Virus record (IMG/VR): IMGVR_UViG_3300021964_000013
Length of the DNA: 64,000 nt
Direction: 5' to 3' (one strand)
DNA from: a virus
The position numbers and the translations under genes were made by a program. This document shows, piece by piece, positions 40,357-49,549 of the stretch (position 1 is its first letter; every line of letters begins with the position of its first letter). The notes beneath the pieces are model-generated. The model was given only the letters and a program-made list of their open reading frames with translations, ran no database searches and was not told the DNA's origin.

Positions 40357-40873
40357 AGATTGTTACGTCCTTCAGTGGGACAAGTTTAATGACCGGAGAG
40401 GTTACTTCCAAGTACCCTTTAACCAAGATATTTTTAATGAAGTTACGGATTTGGATTTCAATATAGTCCAAGAGAATGAATCGTACTCCAAAAAGAATGT
40501 TATAAGAGGATTACATTTCCAAAAACCACCTTACGAACAAGCCAAATTAGTTAGATGTACTTACGGTGAGGTAACCGATGTTATCGTAGATATAAGAAAA
40601 GAGTCTCCAACCTATGGTAGAGTAGTCACTGTTAAATTGAATGGTGGGGATTGTAAATCAGTATTTGTACCTCGGGGTTGTGCACACGGATTCTCAACCC
40701 AAACAAAGGCAATATTCAATTATAAGGTCGATAACGTTTATAATAAAGAGAGTGAAGGAGGTATTATCTATAATGACCCTAATCTAAACATCGATTGGGG
40801 TGTAAATAAGAAACCTAAAATATCAGAAAAGGATTTGGAACTACCCTTTTTCAAAGACTTAGATATTTATTAA
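40331..40873 (+). CDS. rfbC: dTDP-4-dehydrorhamnose 3,5-epimerase
   Basis: DRRGYF, QENESYS, RGLHFQ, AKLVRC, DIRKESPTYG, AHGF, YKVDN, SEKD. Confidence 0.93.
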   Translation: MRVIGTSIKDCYVLQWDKFNDRRGYFQVPFNQDIFNEVTDLDFNIVQENESYSKKNVIRGLHFQKPPYEQAKLVRCTYGEVTDVIVDIRKESPTYGRVVTVKLNGGDCKSVFVPRGCAHGFSTQTKAIFNYKVDNVYNKESEGGIIYNDPNLNIDWGVNKKPKISEKDLELPFFKDLDIY

Positions 40874-40885
40874 TAAAAGAATATT

Positions 40886-41161
40886 ATGTCAAAAGTCGTA
40901 AAGATCACACAGGAAGATCTCGAAAGAATAGTAGAGAATATAGTTAAAGAACAGGAAGAGTGGAAAGGTTCTATGGATCCTGAGATCATGCAAATGGGTC
41001 AACAAGGTCCTGAGGAATTTGGAGATGAACCTGAGGATTTAGGTCCTGAGGATGATTCCACGGCGGTACCACTACGTTTAGGTAAAGATGAGGAAGGTAA
41101 TTACTTTGTCTTTCAAGACGACGGGAGTGATAACCCAAAGATCTTTAAGATCAATAGATAA
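40886..41161 (+). CDS. Acidic late protein (possible head/internal protein)
   Basis: MSKVVKITQEDLERIVENIVKEQ leader; ATATTTAT upstream. Confidence 0.6.
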   Translation: MSKVVKITQEDLERIVENIVKEQEEWKGSMDPEIMQMGQQGPEEFGDEPEDLGPEDDSTAVPLRLGKDEEGNYFVFQDDGSDNPKIFKINR

Positions 41162-41168
41162 TTCAATC

Positions 41169-41192
41169 GCCCCACGATCGTGGGGTTTTTTA
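41169..41192 (+). terminator. Rho-independent terminator
   Basis: Perfect palindrome CCCCACGATCGTGGGG followed by a T run. Confidence 0.75.
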
Positions 41193-41217
41193 TTTAATTT
41201 TTCAGGTATTTATAGTT

Positions 41218-42036
41218 ATGAAATTAACCCATTTATTCGAGGGACTTACTCGTGATAAAATACAAGCAATCCATAAAAAGAACCCATCATTCTTTAGCAA
41301 TGAAAGGTACTTTAAACATGGCGTTGAAGGTGGGGTACATGATTTCGTGTGGGAATTAGAACCCGATGATTTAAGTAGATACATTGATGGGGATTTCACC
41401 ATCAGGAGATATAAAAATAAAGAAGGTAGGGACGTTCACATAGGTTTATTTGAAACCATACTTTCAGGAGATACTTGGGATCTTTGGGATTGTAATTCTT
41501 ACGATGGTGATTGGGAATCTGCGTTAGATTACCACATCAATTCTGAAAATGAAGAAAGGATTAAACAAATACTACATAAAATCATAACTGATGAGGGTAA
41601 GGACCCTGAGGAATATTCCGACCTCACATTACAAGATATGATCATGGAAGTTGACGAGGACCGTGTCATTGTTGATGCATTAAGAGATTCAATTTGTTCT
41701 GCGGAGGCGGATAGTTATCACAATTACATACATGATCAACTAAAAAGTGCATGTGAGGAATATGGTGAGGTGGTTGAGTTTAATGATCGTGGTGTTCATA
41801 TTAAAATAGATTTTAAAAACTTCATTGAAAGTATTTTTGATAAGGATTACATGAGGGATGAAGATGTTATCGATGGTTTGGATAGATGTGAATATGACTC
41901 TGAATGTTTTTTTGAGGAGATGTTAGATCCATATGGTGAAAAACCAAAGTTCCAAAGTGATGATAGATGGTACCCTGATATAGACGATAAAAACTTCAAC
42001 ATGATTTTGGAGGATAGATTATACGAGATTGGATGA
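41218..42036 (+). CDS. Hypothetical acidic late protein
   Basis: 272-aa ORF; GTATTTAT upstream; MKLTHLFE leader. Confidence 0.65.
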   Translation: MKLTHLFEGLTRDKIQAIHKKNPSFFSNERYFKHGVEGGVHDFVWELEPDDLSRYIDGDFTIRRYKNKEGRDVHIGLFETILSGDTWDLWDCNSYDGDWESALDYHINSENEERIKQILHKIITDEGKDPEEYSDLTLQDMIMEVDEDRVIVDALRDSICSAEADSYHNYIHDQLKSACEEYGEVVEFNDRGVHIKIDFKNFIESIFDKDYMRDEDVIDGLDRCEYDSECFFEEMLDPYGEKPKFQSDDRWYPDIDDKNFNMILEDRLYEIG

Positions 42037-43838
42037 AACTAATTGAAACGGTATATGATTTATTATTGGAGGCGGCTCCCGAACAGATATATCAGAAATA
42101 TTATTCAGATATTGATAGGTCGACCTTCCTACGTATTATCCAATTAGATCCTCGAACAAAAGTAAAACACGAAAAAGAAAACGGAATTAAGAAGATCGGT
42201 AGGTACGCCAAAGTACTTTTAAAAATGCATAAGGAGGGTAATCTAAAATCTGAAGATCACCCAAAGGCAAAAGATTATCTTACACTTGTTTATAAACACA
42301 ACGTATCGGTAGACATCAGTAAAGTAAAAACTTTAGGGGACCTGTTTACTTTAGTTGAGAAGTATTATTCACAGAGTACCAATAAAAACGTTTTTGATTT
42401 AATCAACGTCTTAGACGACAACGATTACGACTTATTACTGAGTGGTGATAAGTGGATCATATACAAACCCAAATCCGAAAAGGGTGCGTCATATTTAGGG
42501 ACAGGTACTGAATGGTGTACCGCTTGGGGTCCTTATTCAACAAACGAGAAATACAGAGACCGAAAAAACCATTTTAGTTCACATAGTGATAGAGGACCAC
42601 TTTATGTTATCTTAAATAGGGATGACAGTAATAAGAAATACCAATTCCACTTTGAAACTAAACAATATATGGATAGGAACGATAGGAAGATAGACACGGG
42701 GGACTTCTTAGAAAGTAACCCTGAGGTCTGTAAGTTCTTCTTCCCATCTTTATATGATGATACCGAAGTAAGTGATTTGGAAATGGAAAGGATTGGTGTG
42801 TTGAATAGACCCCAAACCGCAAAACTTATTGAGCGTTCTGTAGGTGAAACAGATAATAGGATAGTTGAGACTTTAGTTAATGATGAAGGGGATGAGTTAA
42901 TCTCTAAAATGAAATCATTCATAACAGACCCAAACCTTGAATCTTTGGATTATGATTATAGGTTGGATCGACTCGAGTTCTCCTTATCTGATATTGGAAA
43001 TTATAATTGGGGTAATATTGAAGCTTGTAGGGAAACCTTAAGTCGTTATAGGTACGATTCAGATCCGTATGCTGATCACTCTGAAAGATTAAGATATGAC
43101 ATAACGGAAATGGATGAGGATTACCAAAAGGAACAAATAGAACCACTCCTTAAGAAATATTACGATGAGGTGGTACTCTTACCCAAAGTTAATTCCTATG
43201 AAAGATATAGGGAATTAATCAATGATTATTGGGACGACATAGTAAACGATTTTGCTGACGAATATGCTTACTTGAATGAAGGGACTGTAAGGGATGCTTC
43301 TGAAACAGAGTTAAATGCAATTGAAAGATTCATATCCATTGATGATAATCTAATACAAGTACCTACATCCCACTTAGCCCTTTTTATACACAAAGAAAAA
43401 TTAAAAGAACTTTCAGATATTGAGAGTTTATTCGAGGCATATATTGAAAGTCACAATCTCGCTTATGAGTATGAAGACCCCATGTACAATATAAATTTAG
43501 AGAATCCTTCATTGAAAGATATGACCTCCCATTTCGAGGGATACACCAAAAAGATAGAGGATGATTTAAATCAGGATCCCGAATGTTTAGAGAATAAAGA
43601 CAGACTTGCGAAACTAAGAAAAGAGTTATTCAATGGAGGTAATAACTTTAGTCGTGATGATCTTAGAATTGAGATTAGAGGTGGTTACGATTGTGAGAAA
43701 GAAGGTGTTCCTGTAATCGTAAACTACTTAAAAGAAAAGAATCCTAATGTCAGTAATTGGGTGAGATGGTCAGGACATTTAAGTGTCGATCGCATCTCAG
43801 AATACATCACCAACGAAAGACTCTTCGAAAATAATTAA
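42033..43838 (+). CDS. Large hypothetical protein with GT.WCTA / KYQFHF motif domain
   Basis: 601 aa; YLGTGTEWCTA...GPLYVI...KYQFHFETKQYMD. Confidence 0.65.
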   Translation: MKLIETVYDLLLEAAPEQIYQKYYSDIDRSTFLRIIQLDPRTKVKHEKENGIKKIGRYAKVLLKMHKEGNLKSEDHPKAKDYLTLVYKHNVSVDISKVKTLGDLFTLVEKYYSQSTNKNVFDLINVLDDNDYDLLLSGDKWIIYKPKSEKGASYLGTGTEWCTAWGPYSTNEKYRDRKNHFSSHSDRGPLYVILNRDDSNKKYQFHFETKQYMDRNDRKIDTGDFLESNPEVCKFFFPSLYDDTEVSDLEMERIGVLNRPQTAKLIERSVGETDNRIVETLVNDEGDELISKMKSFITDPNLESLDYDYRLDRLEFSLSDIGNYNWGNIEACRETLSRYRYDSDPYADHSERLRYDITEMDEDYQKEQIEPLLKKYYDEVVLLPKVNSYERYRELINDYWDDIVNDFADEYAYLNEGTVRDASETELNAIERFISIDDNLIQVPTSHLALFIHKEKLKELSDIESLFEAYIESHNLAYEYEDPMYNINLENPSLKDMTSHFEGYTKKIEDDLNQDPECLENKDRLAKLRKELFNGGNNFSRDDLRIEIRGGYDCEKEGVPVIVNYLKEKNPNVSNWVRWSGHLSVDRISEYITNERLFENN

Positions 43839-43856
43839 TATTTTTTTTGATATTTT

Positions 43857-43887
43857 TTTGGATATCATGATTTTTTTATTATCTTTG
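43857..43887 (+). promoter_or_regulatory. Bacteroidota housekeeping-type promoter (TTTG-N19-TATCTTTG)
   Basis: Consensus match upstream of 43908. Confidence 0.65.
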
Positions 43888-43907
43888 TTTAGATAAAAGT
43901 AGAAATT

Positions 43908-44195
43908 ATGACATTTGAGGAAATTAAATTCACCCCAAACCCACACGGTGGTTGGTCTTCACGAACCAAAATAAACAACACAATATCAGTCTCTGTTGTT
44001 TGTGGATTATTTGCGTATTGTGCACCAAGAGAGAACCTATCAAACCCACTTGAATATGGTCTGTACGAGATTGCGGTTTTTAAAGACAATGAATTTACTC
44101 GAGAATACTTTAGTGAAGACCATGACGATGATGTGATGGGGTTTGTTACTAAGGAAGATGTAATGTCAATCATTAATAAAATCAAAGAATCATGA
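43908..44195 (+). CDS. Hypothetical phage protein
   Basis: ISVSVV ... LYEIAV ... DDVMGF. Confidence 0.65.
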   Translation: MTFEEIKFTPNPHGGWSSRTKINNTISVSVVCGLFAYCAPRENLSNPLEYGLYEIAVFKDNEFTREYFSEDHDDDVMGFVTKEDVMSIINKIKES

Positions 44196-44303
44196 TACCA
44201 CGTTTTGAAGATTTGAATCCCAAACTACAGGGGTTCTTTATTGGAGTTGGAGTAACACTATTGACGGTGTTTGTAACAGGTATGTACTTAACACATTTCT
44301 ACC

Positions 44304-44891
44304 ATGGTTAAAACAGAGAACAGAATTGATCTTTTAACTGAGACATTCCACAATAAGTTGGAATTGGATAAGTTATATTCTCGAAGTGAGATTGAAGATC
44401 TCATGGACAAAAAGATGGATTACTATTACAATGTTACTGCGTTGACATATAATAGATGGAATAAAGGGATGAACTTTGTTTGTCCCCTATTAGAACATAC
44501 GGATAGAGGTACCTATAGATATTTAGGTGCCGACTATCCTTACAATGGTATTCTAAGTCATTTCCCACAAGGACAGTACGAAGAATATATTATAGGTAAA
44601 TGGGATAATGGTGTGCTTAAGTTCACCAACCCAAACATTAGATCCTTTAAGGATTGGGTCAAATCAGATGATAACGGGGAACGTATGGTGTCCGTAGGTT
44701 CCAAGGTCACTGTTTTAAGAGGAGGACACAAAGAGTTTAAATTCCTTTTATCTGATGAGAGTGGTGGGATAACCGATGGTTATGGTCACGTCTCAACAGA
44801 AAGTAAACTTGGACAACTAATCAAAGGAACCACAAAGGGTTCTACGTTTGAGTTTGGGGGATTGACACACGAAGTTATTTCAATAGAATAG
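44304..44891 (+). CDS. Hypothetical protein with C-terminal GreA/GreB-CTD-like domain
   Basis: VSVGSKVTV ... VSTESKLGQLIKG...G ... EVISIE. Confidence 0.5.
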   Translation: MVKTENRIDLLTETFHNKLELDKLYSRSEIEDLMDKKMDYYYNVTALTYNRWNKGMNFVCPLLEHTDRGTYRYLGADYPYNGILSHFPQGQYEEYIIGKWDNGVLKFTNPNIRSFKDWVKSDDNGERMVSVGSKVTVLRGGHKEFKFLLSDESGGITDGYGHVSTESKLGQLIKGTTKGSTFEFGGLTHEVISIE

Positions 44892-44892
44892 T

Positions 44893-45381
44893 ATGGTACT
44901 TTTTGATAATTTAAAATTTAGAATATATTGTGACATGGATGGGGTCCTCGTGGATTTCGACAAAGGTTACAGTCAACTACCCGGTGCGTTAGAGCTTGAT
45001 GGTACTTACCAAAGTACTGAAGAGTTTTGGGCACCAATTAATAAGGCGGGAAAGGACTTTTGGGAAAGTTTGGATTGGATGCCCGATGGTAAACGATTGT
45101 GGGATTATATCAATGAATATTACCCTGTAATTCTCTCATCACCTTCCCGACGTGGTTACGGATCGAGAGAAGGTAAGAAGAATTGGGTTGAGAAGGAGTT
45201 ACCGGGAGTACCACTTCTTTTAGAGTACTCTTTTAATAAGAGGAAACACGCATCACCAAACCATATATTGATTGATGATAGAGAAAGTAACATCGAACAA
45301 TGGGTTGAGAGTGGAGGTATTGGAATACTTCACACCTCGGCAAAAGAAACTATAATAGAACTTAATAAGTTAGGGTTATGA
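44893..45381 (+). CDS. HAD-family 5'(3')-deoxyribonucleotidase-like protein
   Basis: YCDMDGVLVDF, ILSSP, ILIDDR..NI.QW...GG.GI. Confidence 0.8.
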   Translation: MVLFDNLKFRIYCDMDGVLVDFDKGYSQLPGALELDGTYQSTEEFWAPINKAGKDFWESLDWMPDGKRLWDYINEYYPVILSSPSRRGYGSREGKKNWVEKELPGVPLLLEYSFNKRKHASPNHILIDDRESNIEQWVESGGIGILHTSAKETIIELNKLGL

Positions 45382-45824
45382 ACACAATAACAATGAATGG
45401 GAGTTTGATGAGTATTAAACCCTCGCAGTGGTTAAATTTCGGATACGCTTTATCAACCGTAGTGGGTCTTTTGATCCACCCTATCTTAGGTGGTATTGTG
45501 GGACTCTACCTCCTATGGAAGGTCTTAGAGGTATATTTCCTAAGGTGGGACATCACCAACGATTCAATCATTGAAAGGGAAGGCGTACTGAACGTAACTA
45601 TGGATGAGATTCACCTATTTAGAATTAAGGATGTCCATCTATACCAACCACTTTTGTATAGAATCGTGGGTATCTCCAAACTGTCTTTGGTTACATCTGA
45701 TAAGACAAGACCGATACTCGTCCTTAATGGAATTAAAGACGGTAAGCGTAAACGTGAAATGTTTAAGAAACTAACACTGAGTAGTCGTAAGTCTCAGGGG
45801 GTTAGGGAATTTGACTTTAGGTAA
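45378..45824 (+). CDS. Membrane-anchored bacterial PH-domain (bPH_2-like) protein
   Basis: Two TM segments then ITN..IIE.EGVL....DEI.LFRIKD. Confidence 0.7.
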   Translation: MNTITMNGSLMSIKPSQWLNFGYALSTVVGLLIHPILGGIVGLYLLWKVLEVYFLRWDITNDSIIEREGVLNVTMDEIHLFRIKDVHLYQPLLYRIVGISKLSLVTSDKTRPILVLNGIKDGKRKREMFKKLTLSSRKSQGVREFDFR

Positions 45825-45859
45825 AATTTTCCTTATATTTATCTTAGAAAGAGGGACTT

Positions 45860-46045
45860 ATGAAATACTTAAAGTCAGTAAATTCTTACATAGATGAATC
45901 GACAGGTTTAGTTTATACATGTGTCTCTGATGAGTGTAGAGACACAGATGAGGGTCACCACCTCAATGAAATGAAAGAGGAGTGGTGGGATCGATTAGAT
46001 TCCCACGACATGTCAAGGATAGATATTAACGGTGGTTTATTTTAA
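45860..46045 (+). CDS. Hypothetical small protein
   Basis: 61 aa, with promoter motifs at 45811-45842. Confidence 0.5.
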   Translation: MKYLKSVNSYIDESTGLVYTCVSDECRDTDEGHHLNEMKEEWWDRLDSHDMSRIDINGGLF

Positions 46046-46048
46046 TGA

Positions 46049-46456
46049 ATGGTTGAAATTTTAAAAAATAACGGTAACATGAAGTTTGCCTTAATTGCTC
46101 ATGACAACAAGAAAGCGGATCTTGTTGCGTTTGTAATGAAACGATTGGATTTCTTTAACAGGGAAGATATTGATATTGTAACCACCGGTACAACAGGTAA
46201 ACACTGTGAACATGCGGGTATCGATAAAGTAGAAAAGGTACATTCAGGACCTTTAGGTGGTGATGCCGAGATTGGTGCGATGGTGACAAGGGGAGAGATA
46301 ACGGGAGTTATATTCTTCAGAGATCCATTAGACAAACACCCACATGATGTCGACATTAATATGTTAATGAGATTATGCGATGTACATAATGTACCACTTG
46401 CAACCAACTATAAGACCGCAAGTATTATGGTCAAATGGTTTAAACTAAACTCATAA
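46049..46456 (+). CDS. mgsA: Methylglyoxal synthase
   Basis: ALIAHDNKK, TGTTG, SGPLGGD.EIG, FFRDPL..HPHDVDI, LATN. Confidence 0.95.
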   Translation: MVEILKNNGNMKFALIAHDNKKADLVAFVMKRLDFFNREDIDIVTTGTTGKHCEHAGIDKVEKVHSGPLGGDAEIGAMVTRGEITGVIFFRDPLDKHPHDVDINMLMRLCDVHNVPLATNYKTASIMVKWFKLNS

Positions 46457-46458
46457 AA

Positions 46459-47082
46459 ATGAAAAGTAAGTTCGAAATAAAAGACAACATAACATTTGGT
46501 GAAAAGGTAAAATCTTTTTTCAAATCACTTTTATTTTGGAGAGGAAGGAAGAAAGGGATGATTCATACTCGTAATTTAATGTGGAGTGATCTACGTTACA
46601 TATTTTTCCCTAAAGACTTTGCGGAGAAGTATGGTTACTTAGGCACATCTGTTTGGAATGAGGAGAGTAGATACTATAAAGCATTACTACCACTCGTGTT
46701 AACATTAGACTATGAGGCAAAACCAAAATGGTGCCCACGTTGGTTTCTTCGTTTCCTTCATGTCTTTGGTAATGATAGAAGTATCGTGAGAGTGAGAAAT
46801 AGATTTTGGAGTAATCTAAGTAATAAACTCACCAAAGGTATTATGTTCGTGGATTGGAAAACGAAATGGACTGATTATGATTTACGAATCTCAGTTCACG
46901 CACCAAGTCATATTCAAGACTTGGCCCAAGCCATTGAAGAACACTTTTATTCTGAGGGTAGACAAAAAGAGTTGGCCGTACAGATAAAAGAACTTGATCC
47001 TGATGCTCGTATTATTTGGGGTAGTATCAGTAGATTGGAAAAACAATTAGAAGAGTTGAGTATAAACAACAAAAAAAATTGA
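46459..47082 (+). CDS. Hypothetical protein
   Basis: 207-aa ORF. Confidence 0.6.
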   Translation: MKSKFEIKDNITFGEKVKSFFKSLLFWRGRKKGMIHTRNLMWSDLRYIFFPKDFAEKYGYLGTSVWNEESRYYKALLPLVLTLDYEAKPKWCPRWFLRFLHVFGNDRSIVRVRNRFWSNLSNKLTKGIMFVDWKTKWTDYDLRISVHAPSHIQDLAQAIEEHFYSEGRQKELAVQIKELDPDARIIWGSISRLEKQLEELSINNKKN

Positions 47083-47163
47083 ATTGTAGATAATAAACAA
47101 CAAAAATATGAAACCAACTTATAGAAATAGGTTGGTTAAAATAGAATTAACTACGAATAGAAA

Positions 47164-47448
47164 ATGTCAAAGAGATTAAGTAGACAGGAAAAAATGAACA
47201 TCTTCGTTGTTGATGTGATCAACAAAATGTTTGAGATTGCAGGTCATGACGTGACCTATGAAGACATCAAAGATAGAGAGGATGATTGGTACACCCAATG
47301 GACTATGACCATGGAACAAAGTGATCAATGGAAAGAGTGGGGTGTTGAGGAAATTAGAAAAAGATTCCGATATAATAAGAAGTGGGCAGAAAAAGAAATG
47401 GGAATGATCACTCTTATGTGGGGTTTAAAATTTAGTGACTTTAAATAA
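47164..47448 (+). CDS. Hypothetical protein
   Basis: 94-aa ORF. Confidence 0.6.
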   Translation: MSKRLSRQEKMNIFVVDVINKMFEIAGHDVTYEDIKDREDDWYTQWTMTMEQSDQWKEWGVEEIRKRFRYNKKWAEKEMGMITLMWGLKFSDFK

Positions 47449-47454
47449 TAAGTT

Positions 47455-47850
47455 ATGGATACAATAAAAAAACACACTAATCGTTACGGTGATGTGTACA
47501 CCTTTACACTTTTAGAAGATGGTAACATTCAATGGAGTGGGGAGTTTAAGCATTGTCGATTTGGTTGGCCAAACGACTATACACAATCCTTATTTGAATA
47601 CCTGAGAGATACGGGTAAATCAATCACGCTTGAGGAGTATAAAAAGTTGGTACACAAATATGATAACGAGAAGGGTGAGTACGTACTCAAGGATGACAGG
47701 TACAGAAAATTAGTTACTTCCATCCGTGGTAAAATTAATATGGTCGATCCGAGTGGTGGACCATACCTTACAGAAGGAATGGAATTTATGGGTAAAACCA
47801 TAAAAGAATTTAAGTCAAACGAAAACGGTTATTTAATTATTACATCATGA
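47455..47850 (+). CDS. Hypothetical protein
   Basis: NRYGD ... VDPSGGPY motif. Confidence 0.6.
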   Translation: MDTIKKHTNRYGDVYTFTLLEDGNIQWSGEFKHCRFGWPNDYTQSLFEYLRDTGKSITLEEYKKLVHKYDNEKGEYVLKDDRYRKLVTSIRGKINMVDPSGGPYLTEGMEFMGKTIKEFKSNENGYLIITS

Positions 47851-48377
47851 GGCTAAAGAAGTTTAAAGTAATCCAAAAGAATGGGATGTCACATCCCACA
47901 CTATTCGATACTATTGGTGAAGCAATAAAGACCGTAGGAATCAAAAATGTTCAGAAATTTGTTGAGGTTGAAGATCCGAAATCTAAGGGTAAACCCGACG
48001 TAATAAAGGGTGATGAGATGTTGGTCATTAGTAAAAGAAGTAATGAGGATCTTGAAAAGTCACTTCAGTGTGGTTATACGGTTACCTACAATAAACCCAA
48101 CTTGGAAAAAGTATATCGAGGAATGACAGTTTTGGAAACGTCTGAGGATCGTGTCCTTGTTGGTAAGTTTAAGGACCTAACCAATTGGGATCCTGCGGTT
48201 CATAAAGATTACATCCCACCGGGTTATAGACCCGATAAGGATTGGGAATGGGCAATCTTTAATACAGACGCTGAGATTGTGGACCGAGCGAAGTTAGAAG
48301 AAGAAATAGGTAGAATACCGGGTGTTCAAGGTGGTATTGGTTATCACACACCCATAAAGAAAAAACAGAATGTTTGA
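47847..48377 (+). CDS. Hypothetical protein
   Basis: 176-aa ORF, ATGA overlap. Confidence 0.6.
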   Translation: MRLKKFKVIQKNGMSHPTLFDTIGEAIKTVGIKNVQKFVEVEDPKSKGKPDVIKGDEMLVISKRSNEDLEKSLQCGYTVTYNKPNLEKVYRGMTVLETSEDRVLVGKFKDLTNWDPAVHKDYIPPGYRPDKDWEWAIFNTDAEIVDRAKLEEEIGRIPGVQGGIGYHTPIKKKQNV

Positions 48378-48448
48378 GTATCTATTTAATCTAATCTTAG
48401 GTGGTTCATTCTTCCTCATGACAATCTTTATAATTAAATTTTTAAAAG

Positions 48449-48724
48449 ATGGAAAAGGAGATAAATAAAATGTTCCGTCAACAAAGGAACTTACTATTAG
48501 TGCTTGGGTTATTCGCGATCGCAACATTTACACTGTTGACCGGTTTTATAACGATCCCAAAACAAAACAAAACAATGGTTAGTGGTGACATGACATGGGA
48601 AGAAATGTACTATGACATGAAAAAACAAAGAGACTCAATGGAAGTTGAGAGAGATGAGTTTGAAAGAAAATTTGAGGAGTCTGTTGGATATTGGCAGCAA
48701 TGTGAAACCAAGATAAATCAATAA
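48449..48724 (+). CDS. Membrane-anchored coiled-coil protein
   Basis: One TM helix then a charged helix. Confidence 0.55.
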   Translation: MEKEINKMFRQQRNLLLVLGLFAIATFTLLTGFITIPKQNKTMVSGDMTWEEMYYDMKKQRDSMEVERDEFERKFEESVGYWQQCETKINQ

Positions 48725-48725
48725 A

Positions 48726-49220
48726 GTGCAAACCTTTCTACCATACCCCGACTTTAAAAAATCCTTAAGAGTCTTGGATGATAAGAGATTAGGGAAACAA
48801 AGAGTTGAAGCGTATCAGATCATATCGGCGATTACGGGTAGACCACGTAAAGACGGTAAACCTTACAAAGGTTGGATTAATCATCCATGTACTGTTATGT
48901 GGAGAGACTACGTCAACGCATTAAAGTTGTACTATAACGATTGTATTGACGAGTGGGTCAGTAGGGGTTTTAGAAATACAATGGATTATGAAACTATTGT
49001 AGGTGATTTTACACTACCACCATGGGTTGGATTCGAGGATTTCCACTCATCCCATAGATCTAACTTACTTAGAAAGGATTTAGAATACTACTCTAAGTTT
49101 AATTGGTCGGAAAACCCTGAAGATCCTTATGTTTGGTTGGATAAAGAAGGTAGATGGTACAAACAAATGGTGGGTAAAAACCTGAAGGATTATTACCAAC
49201 CACAAAAAAATTACAAATAA
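48726..49220 (+). CDS. Pyrimidine-dimer DNA glycosylase / endonuclease V-like (MSMEG_6728 family)
   Basis: QTFLPYPDF ... LDDKRLGKQRVEA ... GW.NHP...MW ... SHRSNLLRKD. Confidence 0.85.
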   Translation: MQTFLPYPDFKKSLRVLDDKRLGKQRVEAYQIISAITGRPRKDGKPYKGWINHPCTVMWRDYVNALKLYYNDCIDEWVSRGFRNTMDYETIVGDFTLPPWVGFEDFHSSHRSNLLRKDLEYYSKFNWSENPEDPYVWLDKEGRWYKQMVGKNLKDYYQPQKNYK

Positions 49221-49221
49221 T

Positions 49222-49252
49222 TTTGTGATATCATAAAAAATACTTACATTTG
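49222..49252 (+). promoter_or_regulatory. Bacteroidota housekeeping-type promoter (TTTG-N19-TACATTTG)
   Basis: Consensus match upstream of 49271. Confidence 0.6.
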
Positions 49253-49270
49253 TATTAGAATATTAATAAA

Positions 49271-49549
49271 ATGAACATGAAAAAGGTATTTTTTATTTTG
49301 AGTTTGGTGTTACTAACCGTTTCATGTGTTAGTGAGAAACCGATGGTTGTTGTCGATGCGAATGGCGAGTGTTTCCCCACAATCGAGAATATTAACCAAA
49401 TGTATATGAAACGAACCGAAACAGGGTTAAATTATGTTTGGTTCAACTGTGAATGGGTTACCCGAGCCCAACGAGATTCTTTGTCTCTAATCGAGAATGA
49501 ACGTATTTTTGAGGAATTAATCTTAATGTACGATTCGGTCCCTAATTAG
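49271..49549 (+). CDS. Predicted lipoprotein
   Basis: MKKVFFILSLVLLTVSC lipobox-like signal. Confidence 0.65.
   Translation: MNMKKVFFILSLVLLTVSCVSEKPMVVVDANGECFPTIENINQMYMKRTETGLNYVWFNCEWVTRAQRDSLSLIENERIFEELILMYDSVPN

Noticed and set aside
47082-47160. Short direct repeat ATAAACAACAAAAA and hairpin AACCAACTTAT/ATAGGTTGGTT
   Set aside because: Low-complexity, single occurrence, no T-tail; cannot assign a function
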